Positions 31,161 through 41,583 of a stretch of DNA of 64,000 bases are shown here, piece by piece. The position numbers were made by a program, and so were the translations under genes. How positions within the stretch are numbered: the stretch's first letter is position 1; each line of letters opens with the position of its first letter. The notes under the pieces are model-generated. The model ran no database searches. It saw nothing but the letters and a program-made list of their open reading frames with translations, and was not told where the DNA came from. This DNA is from Candidatus Latescibacterota bacterium (GTDB taxonomy: Bacteria; Krumholzibacteriota; Krumholzibacteriia; WVZY01; JAKEHA01): NCBI GenBank assembly GCA_963707635.1, contig OY970173.1:2176001-2240000 (forward strand), in the 5' to 3' direction.

Positions 31161-31880
31161 CTAGTTGTCACTCTGGTTGGAGAAAAACAGGTAGATGAGA
31201 CCCACGATGATCCCGGTAACGAACACGGGCTCTGCATATCGACCCCATCCGCTCGACGGCATCACGGGCCGGGCAAATTGATACGTGCCTTGCTCGACGC
31301 GCGCGGCGTCGCCATGCTCGAACTCGTCCTCATGATTGCGCGCGGCCTCGCCCACCCATATCACGCGGCCGTCGGCGGCATCCGACAGCGTCACCATCAG
31401 GCGCACGTCGGCGCGACGCCGCACGTGCTTGCCGCCCACCAGGTGGGAGCGATACACGTCCGCATACACGATCCCGAATGCAATGGTCTGAAACCCGAGG
31501 ACGTATCCGCCCGACGACGGCGCCGCGGGATCCAGCGACGGGTTCCCGCCGGTCGCGGGCGCCGCACCCGCGGCCTGCGGTTCCAGCACGGTCACGCCCC
31601 GCTTCGTCAGTTCCGAGGCAAGAACGTTTTCGACGAAGGTGTAGTCTTCCCCCGACGCAAACGGCCGGAGCATGAACGCCCGGCCGTCGAGACTGCCCTG
31701 AAACTTCGTGTACAGCTCGTCGACCACCTGCGACGTCAACTGCGTCATCAAGTCCAGATTCGAGGCCACCGCCTCCGCCGCGCGCACGCTCACCGCACCC
31801 GACACCCCTCCCAACGCGATGCACACCGCCGTCGCCGCCGCCAGGTCCCGCCCCCACGCGCTTCGCTCCGCAGATCGCAC
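31161..31880 (-). CDS. Hypothetical exported protein with C-terminal membrane anchor
   Basis: SD AAGGAG plus GTG, signal peptide, C-terminal EPVFVTGIIVGLIYLFF. Confidence 0.7.
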   Translation of the reverse strand: MRSAERSAWGRDLAAATAVCIALGGVSGAVSVRAAEAVASNLDLMTQLTSQVVDELYTKFQGSLDGRAFMLRPFASGEDYTFVENVLASELTKRGVTVLEPQAAGAAPATGGNPSLDPAAPSSGGYVLGFQTIAFGIVYADVYRSHLVGGKHVRRRADVRLMVTLSDAADGRVIWVGEAARNHEDEFEHGDAARVEQGTYQFARPVMPSSGWGRYAEPVFVTGIIVGLIYLFFSNQSDN

Positions 31881-31891
31881 GATGGTACTCC

Positions 31892-33250
31892 TTATGATTC
31901 GCGCGCAGGTATCACGTCGGCGCGCAGATCGAACACGTCGGTCTCCACCACGCGCGCGTCGACGAACTCGCCGACGGTCACGGCGCCGGAAAGGTACACT
32001 TCGCCGTCGATTTCCAGCGCCTGCCCGTAGAATCGGCCCGCGTGCGCGCACTCGCCAAAGGCGCCCTCCCCCGGCTCCGCGGCCCGGTCGACGAGCACCC
32101 GCAGCGCCCGGTTCTGGAAGCGCGCGCGCGCAGCGAAAGAAACCTCCTCCTGCACGCCCACGAGCTCGGCGGCCCGCTCGCGCGCAAGCCCCGCGTCGAC
32201 GGCGTCTTCGAACGACGCCGCGTCCGTACCCGGCTCCGGAGAATACGGGAACACCCCCAGGGAATCAAACGCGAAATCCCGTACGAACGCCTTCAGGTCC
32301 TCGAACTCTTCGTCGGTTTCGCCCGGGAAACCGACGATGGCTTCGCTGCGAATCACGACCTCCGGAAACGCCGCGCGAATGTCGGCGATCAGTTTCTCGA
32401 CGTGCGCGCGATCGTACGACCGCCGCATCCGCGCGAGCAACCGCGACGAGCTGTGTTGCACCGGCATTTCCAGGTATCGGCACACGGCCGCGTGCGCGAA
32501 CAACGGCTCGATGTGGTCGACGCGGAGACCGGCCGGGTGCACGTAGAAGATGCGTACCCAGGGAACACCGGTGCGCGCAATTCGGTCCACCAGCCCCGCG
32601 AAGTGCAGCGGGCCGTCCCGGTACGACACGATGTCCTGGGCCAGCAGCGTCACCTCGCGCACGCCCCGCGCGACCAGTTCATCCACCTCGCGCACGATCG
32701 AGTCCGCCTGCCGCGACACCTGGCGGCCGCGAATCGCCGGAATCGCGCAGAACGTGCACGTGCGGTTGCACCCCTCCGCCACCTTGACGTACGCGGTGTG
32801 GGGCGGGGTCAGGAGGTCGCGGGTTTCGAACTCCGCGAAGCGATCGGCGTCGCCGCGGACGAGCGTACGCGCCGCCGGCGTCTCGCGGCGCCACGACTCC
32901 ACCAGCTCCGGGAGACGCGCGTGCGCGCCGGTGGGCAGAAAATGATCGACCCAGGGCAGCGCCGCCTCGAGGTCGAGGCCGCGGTGCACGGGCAGGCACC
33001 CCATCAACACCAGCTTCTTGCGTCCCCCGCGTTTGTAGCGCGCGAGCCGGCGGGTTTCTTCGACCGTCTCGCGCCACGACGAGTCCAGGAACGAGCAGGC
33101 GTTTACCATCAGCACGTCCGCGCGCGCCGGATCCGGCGTGACCTCGCAACCGCTGCGGCGGAGGATGGTCAGCGTGGCTTCGCTGTCCACGAGGTTCTTC
33201 GGACAGCCCAGGGTCACGAGGTGCGCCTTCATACGCGTCGGCCCGCTCAT
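31892..33250 (-). CDS. rimO: Ribosomal protein S12 methylthiotransferase
   Basis: LGCPKNLVDSE, CNRTCTFC radical SAM motif, TRAM domain (EIDG). Confidence 0.93.
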   Translation of the reverse strand: MSGPTRMKAHLVTLGCPKNLVDSEATLTILRRSGCEVTPDPARADVLMVNACSFLDSSWRETVEETRRLARYKRGGRKKLVLMGCLPVHRGLDLEAALPWVDHFLPTGAHARLPELVESWRRETPAARTLVRGDADRFAEFETRDLLTPPHTAYVKVAEGCNRTCTFCAIPAIRGRQVSRQADSIVREVDELVARGVREVTLLAQDIVSYRDGPLHFAGLVDRIARTGVPWVRIFYVHPAGLRVDHIEPLFAHAAVCRYLEMPVQHSSSRLLARMRRSYDRAHVEKLIADIRAAFPEVVIRSEAIVGFPGETDEEFEDLKAFVRDFAFDSLGVFPYSPEPGTDAASFEDAVDAGLARERAAELVGVQEEVSFAARARFQNRALRVLVDRAAEPGEGAFGECAHAGRFYGQALEIDGEVYLSGAVTVGEFVDARVVETDVFDLRADVIPARES

Positions 33251-35495
33251 TCGGAGGGATGGGTGGTCACGTAGACCTCGCGCGGCTTGGAGCCGTCGGG
33301 CGGGCCCACCACGCCCTGCTGCTCGAGCTGGTCGAGGAGCCTGGCCGCCCGCGAATACCCGACGTGCAGCTTGCGCTGGAGCAGCGACGTCGACCCTTGC
33401 TTGTACTGCACGACCACGCCCTTGGCGTCGTCGAAGAGCGGGTCGAGGTCCCCCGCCAGCTCCGCCGCCCCGGCCCGCGTCTCGGACAGGTCGAGCGAGC
33501 CTTCGTCGAAGCGATACGATTTCCAGTGATGGATGAGCTGCTCGATCTCGATTTCCGACACCCACGCGCCGTGCAGCCGCGCCGGTTGCTGGTGGTGGGA
33601 GTCGAGGTAGAGCATGTCGCCCTTGCCCAGCAGCTTGTCGGCCCCGATGGTGTCGAGGATCGTGCGCGAATCCACCTTGGTGGCGACCCGGAACGCGATG
33701 CGCGTCGGGAAATTCGCCTTCGTCCTCCCGACGATCACGTCCACCGACGGGCGCTGGGTGGCGAGGATCATGTGGATGCCGGCGGCGCGGGCCATCTGGG
33801 CGAGCCGGGTGAGCAGCGACTCGATGTCGACTCCCTTCGCCAGCGCCAGGTCGCCGAGTTCGTCCACCACCAGCACGATGAAGGGCAGGCGCTCCCCCGC
33901 CTCGTCGTGTTTGGCCATCGCCACCTTCGCGTTGTAGCTCTCGATGTTGCGGACTCCGTGGCGCCGGAACAGTTCATTGCGGCGCCCCATCTCCCGCACC
34001 AGGAACTCGAGCACGCGCGCGGCGTCCTTCGGGTCGGTGATCACCGGGTGCAGCAGGTGCGGCACGCCGTTGTACTGCGACATCTCCACCATCTTCGGAT
34101 CCACCAGCAGCATGCGCACGTCCGCGGCCGGTAGTGGAGCAGGATGCTCGCGAGGATGGTATTGAGACACACGCTCTTGCCCGAACCGGTGGTGCCCGCG
34201 ATCAGGAGGTGCGGCGCCTCGCACAGATTCATGAGGAAGGGTTTGCCGACGACGTCGACCCCGAGCCCGATCATGACACCCTTGAGCCGCTGCGACTCGG
34301 TCATCTCGCTTAAGACCTCGTGCAGGTATACCGTGCGCCCCAGCGGGTTGGGCATCTCGATCCCGACCGCGGCGCGCCCCGGGATCGGCGCGAGCATGCG
34401 CAGGCTGCGCGCGCGCATGGCGAGCGCGAGGTCGTCGCTGCGGCTGACGATGTCCTTGATCCGGACCCCCGGCGCCGGCTCGAACTCGAACGTGGTCACC
34501 ACCGGGCCGTGGTGCACCGCGGTCACCTTGCCCTGCACGCCGAACTGGGTGAGTTTTTCCTCGAGCACGCCGCTCCAGTTCTTGAGTTCCTCGCGCGTGA
34601 AGGCGGCGCCGTTCTCGCGCGGCTGCTCGAGGATCGTCAGCGGAGGGAGCGAGGCGTCCGCCAGCGGGATGGTCCGCGCCTCGGCGCCGGGCGCAGGCAC
34701 CGCCCGCCGCACGCGGGCTCTTGTCTCCGCGCGCGGTTTCGCCTCCGCGATGGCGATGTCGGGTTCGCGCCCCCGGCCGGGAAGCGCCTCCGCCGGCTCG
34801 GCCCAGCGCCGGGCCTTCTTCGCGACGCCGGCCGCGGCGGCTTCCGCCGTCGCCGGCGCGTCGGACTCGGCGGGAGCATCCGTCGATTTCGAGCGCTGCA
34901 CGGCGCTGCGCACGTAGTCCCCCGCGATCTCACGCTTGCGACCGAGCGCGGCGCGCAGCGACCCCGCCGCTCCGGCCAGCCCGGTTCCGGCCGAGCGCGC
35001 GAGCGACGCGACCCAGCGCACGCGGTGCGCCTCGCCGATCACGATCAGCAGCACCGCTGCCACCAGCACGATCGCCGAGCCGACGTTGCCGAAGACAGTG
35101 GTCAGCCCGGCGGCGACACCGTCTCCGACCTTGCCGCGCAGCGCCGTCACGCCGTCGGCGATCGGAGACACCGCGAAGAACGCGTTGGTGAGCACGACTC
35201 CCGCTACCACCTTCAGTCCGACGCGAACCAGCGGCGCCTCGGCGTCGCGCGCCAGCGCCACGCCCAGCGCCAGCAGCGTGAGCGGCACCACCCACGCCAG
35301 CACGCGCCCGAAGAGCACCACCAGCGCCCAGGCCAGCATCGACCCGAAGGGGCCGGTGGGGTTGTCGACGTGGCGCAGCGAAACCGTCGAATCGAAGGGC
35401 CAGTCGGTGGGACGCGTCGCGCCCAGGCCGACGACGAGGAACACCCCCAGCGCCAGCAGCATCACGGTAACGAAGAGTCTTGCTCGGTCGGTCAC
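33247..35495 (-). pseudogene. ftsK: DNA translocase FtsK interrupted by an apparent 1-bp deletion near 34125 (possible sequencing error)
   Basis: 4TM domain and Walker A GTTGSGKS in frame 34041..35495; DPKMVE, LATQRPS and gamma domain in frame 33247..34224. Confidence 0.85.
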
Positions 35496-35535
35496 GTCAC
35501 TTCCTTGCTCGCCGGTGCGCCCGGCCCCGCGCGCA

Positions 35536-36915
35536 TCACTCCGCCGCGACGGCGTCGGCCAGGGTCAGTGTTTCCCCGTCCCACTGGTAGCCGTCGAGGA
35601 AGCGCGTGCTCAAATCGCCGCGCTGGAAGCTCGCCTCTTCCAGAATCGCGCGCTGGAAGTCGATCGTGCTGTAGATGCCGTCCACCACGCATTCCTCGAG
35701 CGCGCGCAGCATGCGCCTGACCGCCTCGTCGCGGTCGAGTCCGTGGCAGATCACCTTCGCGATCATGGAGTCGTAGTAGGGGGTGATCGTGTATCCCTGA
35801 TACACGTGCGAATCGACGCGCACGCCCATTCCACCCGGCAGGTGGACGAATCCCACCTTCCCGGGGCACGGCATGAAATCGCGCACCGCGTCCTCCGCGT
35901 TGATCCGGCACTCGATCGCGTGGCCGCTGAAACGCACGTCGCGCTGCGAAAATGACAGGGGTTGTCCGGCGGCGACGGCGATCATCTCCTTGATCAGGTC
36001 GCGCCCCGTGACCATCTCGGTCACCGGGTGCTCGACCTGAATGCGGGTGTTCATCTCCATGAAGAAGAACTCGTCGCCCTGCACCAGGAACTCCATGGTC
36101 CCCGCCGAGGTGTAGTTCATGGCACGGGCGCCCCGCACCGCGGTCTCGAGCAGCAGCCCGCGCACCTCGGGGGTGAGTGCGACGCACGGCGACTCTTCGA
36201 TCAGTTTCTGATGCCGGCGCTGGATCGAGCACTCGCGCTCACCCAGGTGGACGACGTTGCCGTGGGAGTCGCCCAGCAGCTGCACCTCCACGTGGCGGGG
36301 GCTCGGCAGGTACTTTTCGAGGTAGACCGCCGCGTTGCCGAACGCGCTCTCCGCTTCCGCGCGCGCGATCAGGAGCGCGTTGGCGAGGTCATCGGGGTTG
36401 CGCGCGACGCGCATGCCCCGCCCACCGCCGCCCGCCGCCGCCTTCACGATCACCGGGTACCCGATTTCCTCCGCGACCCGGAGCGCCTCCCGCTCGTCGG
36501 AGACGGCGCCGTCGGACCCGGGGATCACCGGCACGCCGGCCTGCCGCATCATGTCCTTGGCGATGGACTTGTTACCCATCTTCTGGATGACTTCCTGCGA
36601 CGGGCCGACCCACGCGATCCCGCACGACGTCACCGCCTCGGCGAACTCGGCGTTCTCGGACAGGAATCCGTAGCCAGGATGGATGGCCTCCGCGCTGGTG
36701 ATCTCAGCCGCGGAGATGATCCGGTTTACGTTGAGGTAGCTCTCGCCGGGGGCGTTGGGGCCGATGCAGACGGCCTCGTCGGCGAAACGAACGTGGAGCG
36801 ATTCGGTGTCGGCCTCGCTGTGCACCGCGACGGTCTGAATCCCCATCTCGTGGCACGCGCGCATGACGCGCAACGCGATCTCGCCCCGGTTCGCGACGAG
36901 GATCTTCGTGAACAT
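35536..36915 (-). CDS. accC: Acetyl-CoA carboxylase biotin carboxylase
   Basis: ANRGEIA, GGGGRGM, MNTRIQVEH, RINAED. Confidence 0.96.
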   Translation of the reverse strand: MFTKILVANRGEIALRVMRACHEMGIQTVAVHSEADTESLHVRFADEAVCIGPNAPGESYLNVNRIISAAEITSAEAIHPGYGFLSENAEFAEAVTSCGIAWVGPSQEVIQKMGNKSIAKDMMRQAGVPVIPGSDGAVSDEREALRVAEEIGYPVIVKAAAGGGGRGMRVARNPDDLANALLIARAEAESAFGNAAVYLEKYLPSPRHVEVQLLGDSHGNVVHLGERECSIQRRHQKLIEESPCVALTPEVRGLLLETAVRGARAMNYTSAGTMEFLVQGDEFFFMEMNTRIQVEHPVTEMVTGRDLIKEMIAVAAGQPLSFSQRDVRFSGHAIECRINAEDAVRDFMPCPGKVGFVHLPGGMGVRVDSHVYQGYTITPYYDSMIAKVICHGLDRDEAVRRMLRALEECVVDGIYSTIDFQRAILEEASFQRGDLSTRFLDGYQWDGETLTLADAVAAE

Positions 36916-36922
36916 GGGGCAA

Positions 36923-36952
36923 AACGTACCACAGCGTGGGACGTCTTGTTAA
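36923..36952 (-). promoter_or_regulatory. Putative promoter for a leaderless accC mRNA
   Basis: TTAACA-N18-TACGTT with extended TG, 7 nt before the ATG; no SD. Confidence 0.45.
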
Positions 36953-36953
36953 C

Positions 36954-38108
36954 CTACAATCTCCCGCTGGAGACGGGCTCTTCCTTGCCGGTGGCGGCCG
37001 GCCCCTCGCCTTCGAAGCTCTTCCACGACTGGTCGCTCGTCGCCTGAATTCCCTTCAAGCGGAGCGTGAGCTCGTGCGGCTTCGAGCTGGCGCGGAGCGC
37101 GTCGTCCAGCGTGATGATGCCGTCCTGGTAGAGCTTCATCAGCGCCTGATCGAAGGTCTGCATCTGGTGCGTGGTGACGCCCTCGCGCATTACCTGGTGG
37201 AGCAGCGGGGTCTTGTCCGGGTTCACGACGCACTCGCGCACGGTCCCGGTCGTCACCAGCACCTCGACCGCCGGGGCACGCCCGGCGCCGTCGGCGCGCC
37301 GTACCAGCCGCTGCGAGATGACCGCCTGCAGCGTGGACGCCAGCAGGTAGCGGATCTCCTGGTGGTGGTGAGGCGGGAAGAAGGAAATGATTCGATTGAT
37401 GGTCTGCGGCGCGTCGATCGTGTGCAGGGTCGACAGCACCAGGTGACCGGTGTCGGCCGCCTTGAGCGCGATTTCCATGGTCTCGGCGTCGCGGATCTCA
37501 CCCACCATGATCACGTTCGGGTCCTGGCGCAGGATATGGCGCAGGGCTTCGTTGAACGACGCCGTGTCGCTGCCGACCTCGCGCTGGTTGACAATGCTCT
37601 TGTCGTCGCGATGCAGGAACTCGATCGGGTCCTCGATGGTGATGATCGACGCGTTCAGATTCTGGTTGATGGTCTGGATCATCGCAGCGAGGGTCGTGGA
37701 TTTTCCGCTGCCGACGGTTCCGGTCACGAGGATGAGGCCGCGCGGGCGCAGGGCCAGCTCGGAAATGACCGGGGGCAGCGACAGCTCCTCCACTTTCTTG
37801 ATGTTCACCGGCACGTGGCGGAAAACCATCACGATCGAGCTGCGCTGGACGTAGAAGTTGGCGCGAAAACGTGCAAGACCGGTGACCCCGAATGCAAAAT
37901 CCACCTCGCGGGTGCCTTCGAACTTCTCGCGCTGCATCGGAGTCAGGATTTTGCGGGCCACCTCTTCCATCTCGCGCGGGGTCGGCGCCGGGAAGCTCAT
38001 GCGTTGCAGTTTGCCATTGACGCGAATCAGCGGGGCAACGCCCGGCTTGATGTGGAGATCCGAGGCGCCCGATTCGATCATCTTTTCGAGCAGCTGCTTG
38101 ATGTTCAT
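36954..38108 (-). CDS. PilT/PilU family type IV pilus ATPase
   Basis: ASDLHI, RFRAN, GTVGSGKST, TIEDPIEF, LRQDP, TGHLVLSTLHT, MQTFDQAL. Confidence 0.92.
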   Translation of the reverse strand: MNIKQLLEKMIESGASDLHIKPGVAPLIRVNGKLQRMSFPAPTPREMEEVARKILTPMQREKFEGTREVDFAFGVTGLARFRANFYVQRSSIVMVFRHVPVNIKKVEELSLPPVISELALRPRGLILVTGTVGSGKSTTLAAMIQTINQNLNASIITIEDPIEFLHRDDKSIVNQREVGSDTASFNEALRHILRQDPNVIMVGEIRDAETMEIALKAADTGHLVLSTLHTIDAPQTINRIISFFPPHHHQEIRYLLASTLQAVISQRLVRRADGAGRAPAVEVLVTTGTVRECVVNPDKTPLLHQVMREGVTTHQMQTFDQALMKLYQDGIITLDDALRASSKPHELTLRLKGIQATSDQSWKSFEGEGPAATGKEEPVSSGRL

Positions 38109-38131
38109 CCGTCACCCTCCGCTAACACAAC

Positions 38132-38608
38132 TCATTTTACTTCAATGAGAAACAGTGGCTGGCCGTACTCGACGGGCTGGCCGTTTTCGAGCAGCACCCG
38201 GCGAATGACCCCGCTGAAATCCGACCCGATCTCGTTCATCAGCTTCATCGCCTCGACAATGCAAACCGTCTGCCCGACGGCGACCGGCTGACCAATTTCG
38301 ACGAACGGTTCGGAACCAGGGGCCGGCGCCCGGTAAAACGTGCCGACCATGGGTGACTTGATCTGTTTCAAGTTCGATGCCAGTTTCTCCCCCGCCGCCT
38401 CCGTCTCATCCGCGGCCGAGGAGTCGGCGTCCGCCGAGTGGCCGGCAGCCGGCGGTGCGGGAACGAACGCGGCGGAGGCCGGCGGCGGCGCGGCGCCGTT
38501 CTTCGCGATCCGGATCTTCGTCCGGCCGCGGCATACCTCGAGTTCGCTGATCTTGCTCTCTTCGACCAGACGGATCAGTTCTTCGATCTCGCGCTTGTCC
38601 ATTGGCAC
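38132..38608 (-). CDS. accB: Biotin carboxyl carrier protein
   Basis: SPMVGTFY, EAMKLMNEI. Confidence 0.96.
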   Translation of the reverse strand: MPMDKREIEELIRLVEESKISELEVCRGRTKIRIAKNGAAPPPASAAFVPAPPAAGHSADADSSAADETEAAGEKLASNLKQIKSPMVGTFYRAPAPGSEPFVEIGQPVAVGQTVCIVEAMKLMNEIGSDFSGVIRRVLLENGQPVEYGQPLFLIEVK

Positions 38609-38623
38609 CTCCCGCGGCTCCCG

Positions 38624-39184
38624 TCAGACCCGCGTCACGTACTTGCCGGTACGAGTATCGACGCGAACGACGTCACCTTCGTTGATGAACAACGGCACCT
38701 GCACCACCAGCCCCGACGCCAGGGTCGCGGACTTCGATCCCCCCTGCGCCGTGTCGCCGCGAATGCCGGGCTCCGCGCGCGTGACCGGGAGCTCCACGAA
38801 ATTGGGCAGCTCGATCGTGAGCGGCCGCTCGCCGTCCAGCAGGATGTTGAGATCCATGTTCTCCTTCAGGTAGGGCTTGGCCTCCTCGATGATGCTGCCG
38901 GACAGCTCGATCTGCTCGTAGCTGCTCTTGTCCATCATGTGATAAACACCACCCGCCTCGTACAGGAACTGGAACGCCTGCCGCACCACCCGGACCTCGG
39001 CGATCTTCTCCCCCGAGCGGAAGGTCTGGTCCTTGACCTGCCCGGTCAGCAGGTTCTTGATCTTGGTGCGAATGAACGCACCGCCCTTGCCCGGTTTTAC
39101 GTGGAGGAATTCCTGAATCGCCCAGTACTCCCCGTCCATGTTCATGATCAATCCATTTCGGATATCGCTGGTATCCGCCATCAC
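38624..39184 (-). CDS. efp: Elongation factor P
   Basis: HVKPGKGGAF, PGIRGDT, VPLFI. Confidence 0.96.
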   Translation of the reverse strand: MMADTSDIRNGLIMNMDGEYWAIQEFLHVKPGKGGAFIRTKIKNLLTGQVKDQTFRSGEKIAEVRVVRQAFQFLYEAGGVYHMMDKSSYEQIELSGSIIEEAKPYLKENMDLNILLDGERPLTIELPNFVELPVTRAEPGIRGDTAQGGSKSATLASGLVVQVPLFINEGDVVRVDTRTGKYVTRV

Positions 39185-39361
39185 CTGTATCTCCTTGTTT
39201 TCTCAATTATTAGCAGTATTGAGGGTGCTCCGGCACGGGGCGCACCCGGCGCGGATTGTAGCGGCGCCGCGGGCGTGAATCCACAACTATTCTTCGGCGG
39301 CGCAGCCAGCTCCGACGCCGTAACCAAATAGACGAATTATGGTTAGAAGAGCTGTCGGGGG

Positions 39362-40285
39362 TCAGGACATGGCGCGAAGCCAGCGCTTGAACTGCTCGTA
39401 GCTGCGCGACTCGTCGATGGGGCTCCCGTTCGGCGGCGCCGGAAGCGCGGCCCGGCGCGCGGGACCCCGTTCGTCATCGGCGTCCGCAGTCTCGGCGGGT
39501 CTCGCGACGACGTCGGGGATCGGCGGCAACATCGGCTCTTCGGCCGCCGGCGGCGGCGCGTCGGCGGGTGTGGCGCCCTCGAGGGCGTCGATCTTGCGCC
39601 GAAGCTCGTCGTTGTTCGGCTGGCGCCGCAGCACCTCTCGATAGATCCGCAGGGCCTTCACCGGGTGTCCCTGGGCGGCGTAGATGTCGGCGAGGGTCAG
39701 GGTCGCGATTTCGTCCGAGGTCACGGACGCGTCGCGCAGCGTGATGGGCTCGCCCACGAATTCGTCGTCGGCGACCTCGCGCAACTCGTGGACGTTCTCG
39801 TCGGCCGGGACCGGTGCCGTCGCGACGCGGGCCGGCCCCGACGTCGCGGCAACCGCGGGAGCAGCGGGAACAGCGGTCTCGCCCAGCTGCTGGACGCGCC
39901 GGCGAATATCCTTGTCCTCGGGATCCAGCGTGAGGATGTCCTCGAAGAAGCGCCGGGCGCCGGCGGCGTCGCCGAGCTCCGCGCGTATGATGCCGAGATA
40001 TTTCAGGGCGACCAGGTTGCGGTCGTCGAGTTCCAGAACGCGCCGGAACGATGCTTCCGCCTCCGCGGTACGGGCGGCGTCGAAGTAGCACTTGCCATGC
40101 ACGACGTGTCCGCTGGCGTAGCGCGGGTGAGCTTTTATACCCCGCGCGCAGACGAGGAGAGCCTCCTCGACCATCCCGGCCTTGCGGCAGGCATCGGCCA
40201 GGGGCGCAAAGACGGTGCTATCCGGCGCAAGGCGGTACCGGTCGAAGAGTTCGTCGAGTTCGGGAGTGGTATACCGCTGGGTCAT
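39362..40285 (-). CDS. TPR protein with Ala/Pro linker and C-terminal TLADIY repeat
   Basis: FAPLADACRK N-terminal TPRs; C-terminal TLTLADIYAAQG. Confidence 0.75.
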   Translation of the reverse strand: MTQRYTTPELDELFDRYRLAPDSTVFAPLADACRKAGMVEEALLVCARGIKAHPRYASGHVVHGKCYFDAARTAEAEASFRRVLELDDRNLVALKYLGIIRAELGDAAGARRFFEDILTLDPEDKDIRRRVQQLGETAVPAAPAVAATSGPARVATAPVPADENVHELREVADDEFVGEPITLRDASVTSDEIATLTLADIYAAQGHPVKALRIYREVLRRQPNNDELRRKIDALEGATPADAPPPAAEEPMLPPIPDVVARPAETADADDERGPARRAALPAPPNGSPIDESRSYEQFKRWLRAMS

Positions 40286-40443
40286 GTCGTGTCTCTATCC
40301 GCCGCGCCGGCGGAGTGATTCCGGCCACCGGTCGCCGGCTGGCGTCCGTCCGGACTCCTCAACCAGCCCCGCAATCACTTGTTACATAATGCCTTGCGGG
40401 GGCTAGCCGTGTCGCTGCTACGCACCGGAGACGTATCGGACAA

Positions 40444-40460
40444 AGCACCAACTGTGCCAA
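40444..40460 (-). promoter_or_regulatory. Putative sigma54 promoter
   Basis: TTGGCACAGTTGGTGCT (GG-N10-GC), intergenic, oriented toward the TPR gene. Confidence 0.5.
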
Positions 40461-40464
40461 CGAC

Positions 40465-41475
40465 CTAGCCCTCGTACCGGAAGGTCTCCGCCACGGCCCG
40501 CAGCTCCCTCACCAGGGTCGTTTTCTCACGGCCGGGAGCATACACCAGAAGATCGACCGCCCAAAGTAGTTGCGAGGCCCGATCCCACACGAAGTAGGTC
40601 TCGTAGTAACCCCCGGAGGAGCCGTGCCGGTCGTTGTGCCAGTAGCCGCTCATGCACACCGACGGATACGGACCGAGGCGACCCGCGGCGCACCGAACCC
40701 GATCCCGGTCCATCTCGTCACCGTCGTACCGGCGCCGCACGTACCCGGCTCGAAAATCGAACAACTCGTCGACGTTGCGCGACAGCGGGGCATGGTCACA
40801 TGCCCGCCAGAACACCCCGAGCACCCGGGGCGGTTCGTCGCGGTGCAACTCGACGCCCGCCGGAGTATCCGCCTCGCTGAAGAGCGAGTAGACCGACGGA
40901 ACCTGGAGCCGGAATCCCCAGCGAGTGCGAAGCGCCTCCGCCAGCGCGTCATCCCGCCGTTCGAGCAGGTTATTGCGGAGACGCTCCCGCGCGCTGGCTT
41001 CGACCCGGTCGGGAATCTCCGCGCCGTGTTCGTCCAGCAGTCGACGGAGTCCCGCCTCGTCCCTCGCAGTAATCACGAGCGTCAGCTGCCCCGGGTACGG
41101 TGTGTCCGTCCGGGAGAAGATGCCGGCTCCCCCCCGGCGCACGCGCTCCGCGTCGGCCTTGCCGAGTAGGCCGCGGATCCGCTTCGCGACTCCCGTGGGG
41201 CCGTCCAGTACTCCGCACCACACGACGTTCTTGACCGCAGGGGGCTCGAAGGCGCGATCGGAAGGGGCCAGGGTGACCTGGAAAGGCGCCTCGGTGGACA
41301 CGAAGTAATCGCGCTCCTCGGTCAACAGCACGGCTAGTCGGCGCGCCCACTCGCCCTGCGCACCTCCGTCTGCGAACACAGCGACTTCGGAGTAGGAACC
41401 TGCCGGCGGCAACGATACCCCGCAGCCGCCATTGGCGGCTGCCACGATCAAGAGCGAAATCAAGGCGCGACCCAT
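40465..41475 (-). CDS. DUF4837-like lipoprotein
   Basis: GGC lipobox, GYW...GG.Y, YAPG.EK..LVREL C-terminus. Confidence 0.65.
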   Translation of the reverse strand: MGRALISLLIVAAANGGCGVSLPPAGSYSEVAVFADGGAQGEWARRLAVLLTEERDYFVSTEAPFQVTLAPSDRAFEPPAVKNVVWCGVLDGPTGVAKRIRGLLGKADAERVRRGGAGIFSRTDTPYPGQLTLVITARDEAGLRRLLDEHGAEIPDRVEASARERLRNNLLERRDDALAEALRTRWGFRLQVPSVYSLFSEADTPAGVELHRDEPPRVLGVFWRACDHAPLSRNVDELFDFRAGYVRRRYDGDEMDRDRVRCAAGRLGPYPSVCMSGYWHNDRHGSSGGYYETYFVWDRASQLLWAVDLLVYAPGREKTTLVRELRAVAETFRYEG

Positions 41476-41517
41476 TCGGTATCGCCCCCACCATAGCGCC
41501 GACCATCGTTGGTGGGC

Positions 41518-41560
41518 AAAAAGAAACGGCCCGCCCCCCGGTGAAGGAGAGGCGGGCCGA
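41518..41560 (-). terminator. Intrinsic terminator after the anti-sigma gene
   Basis: CGGCCCGCCTCTCC-TTCACC-GGGGGGCGGGCCG followed by TTTCTTTTT. Confidence 0.8.
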
Positions 41561-41583
41561 TTGTGCTTCCGGCGCCGCGCGAA

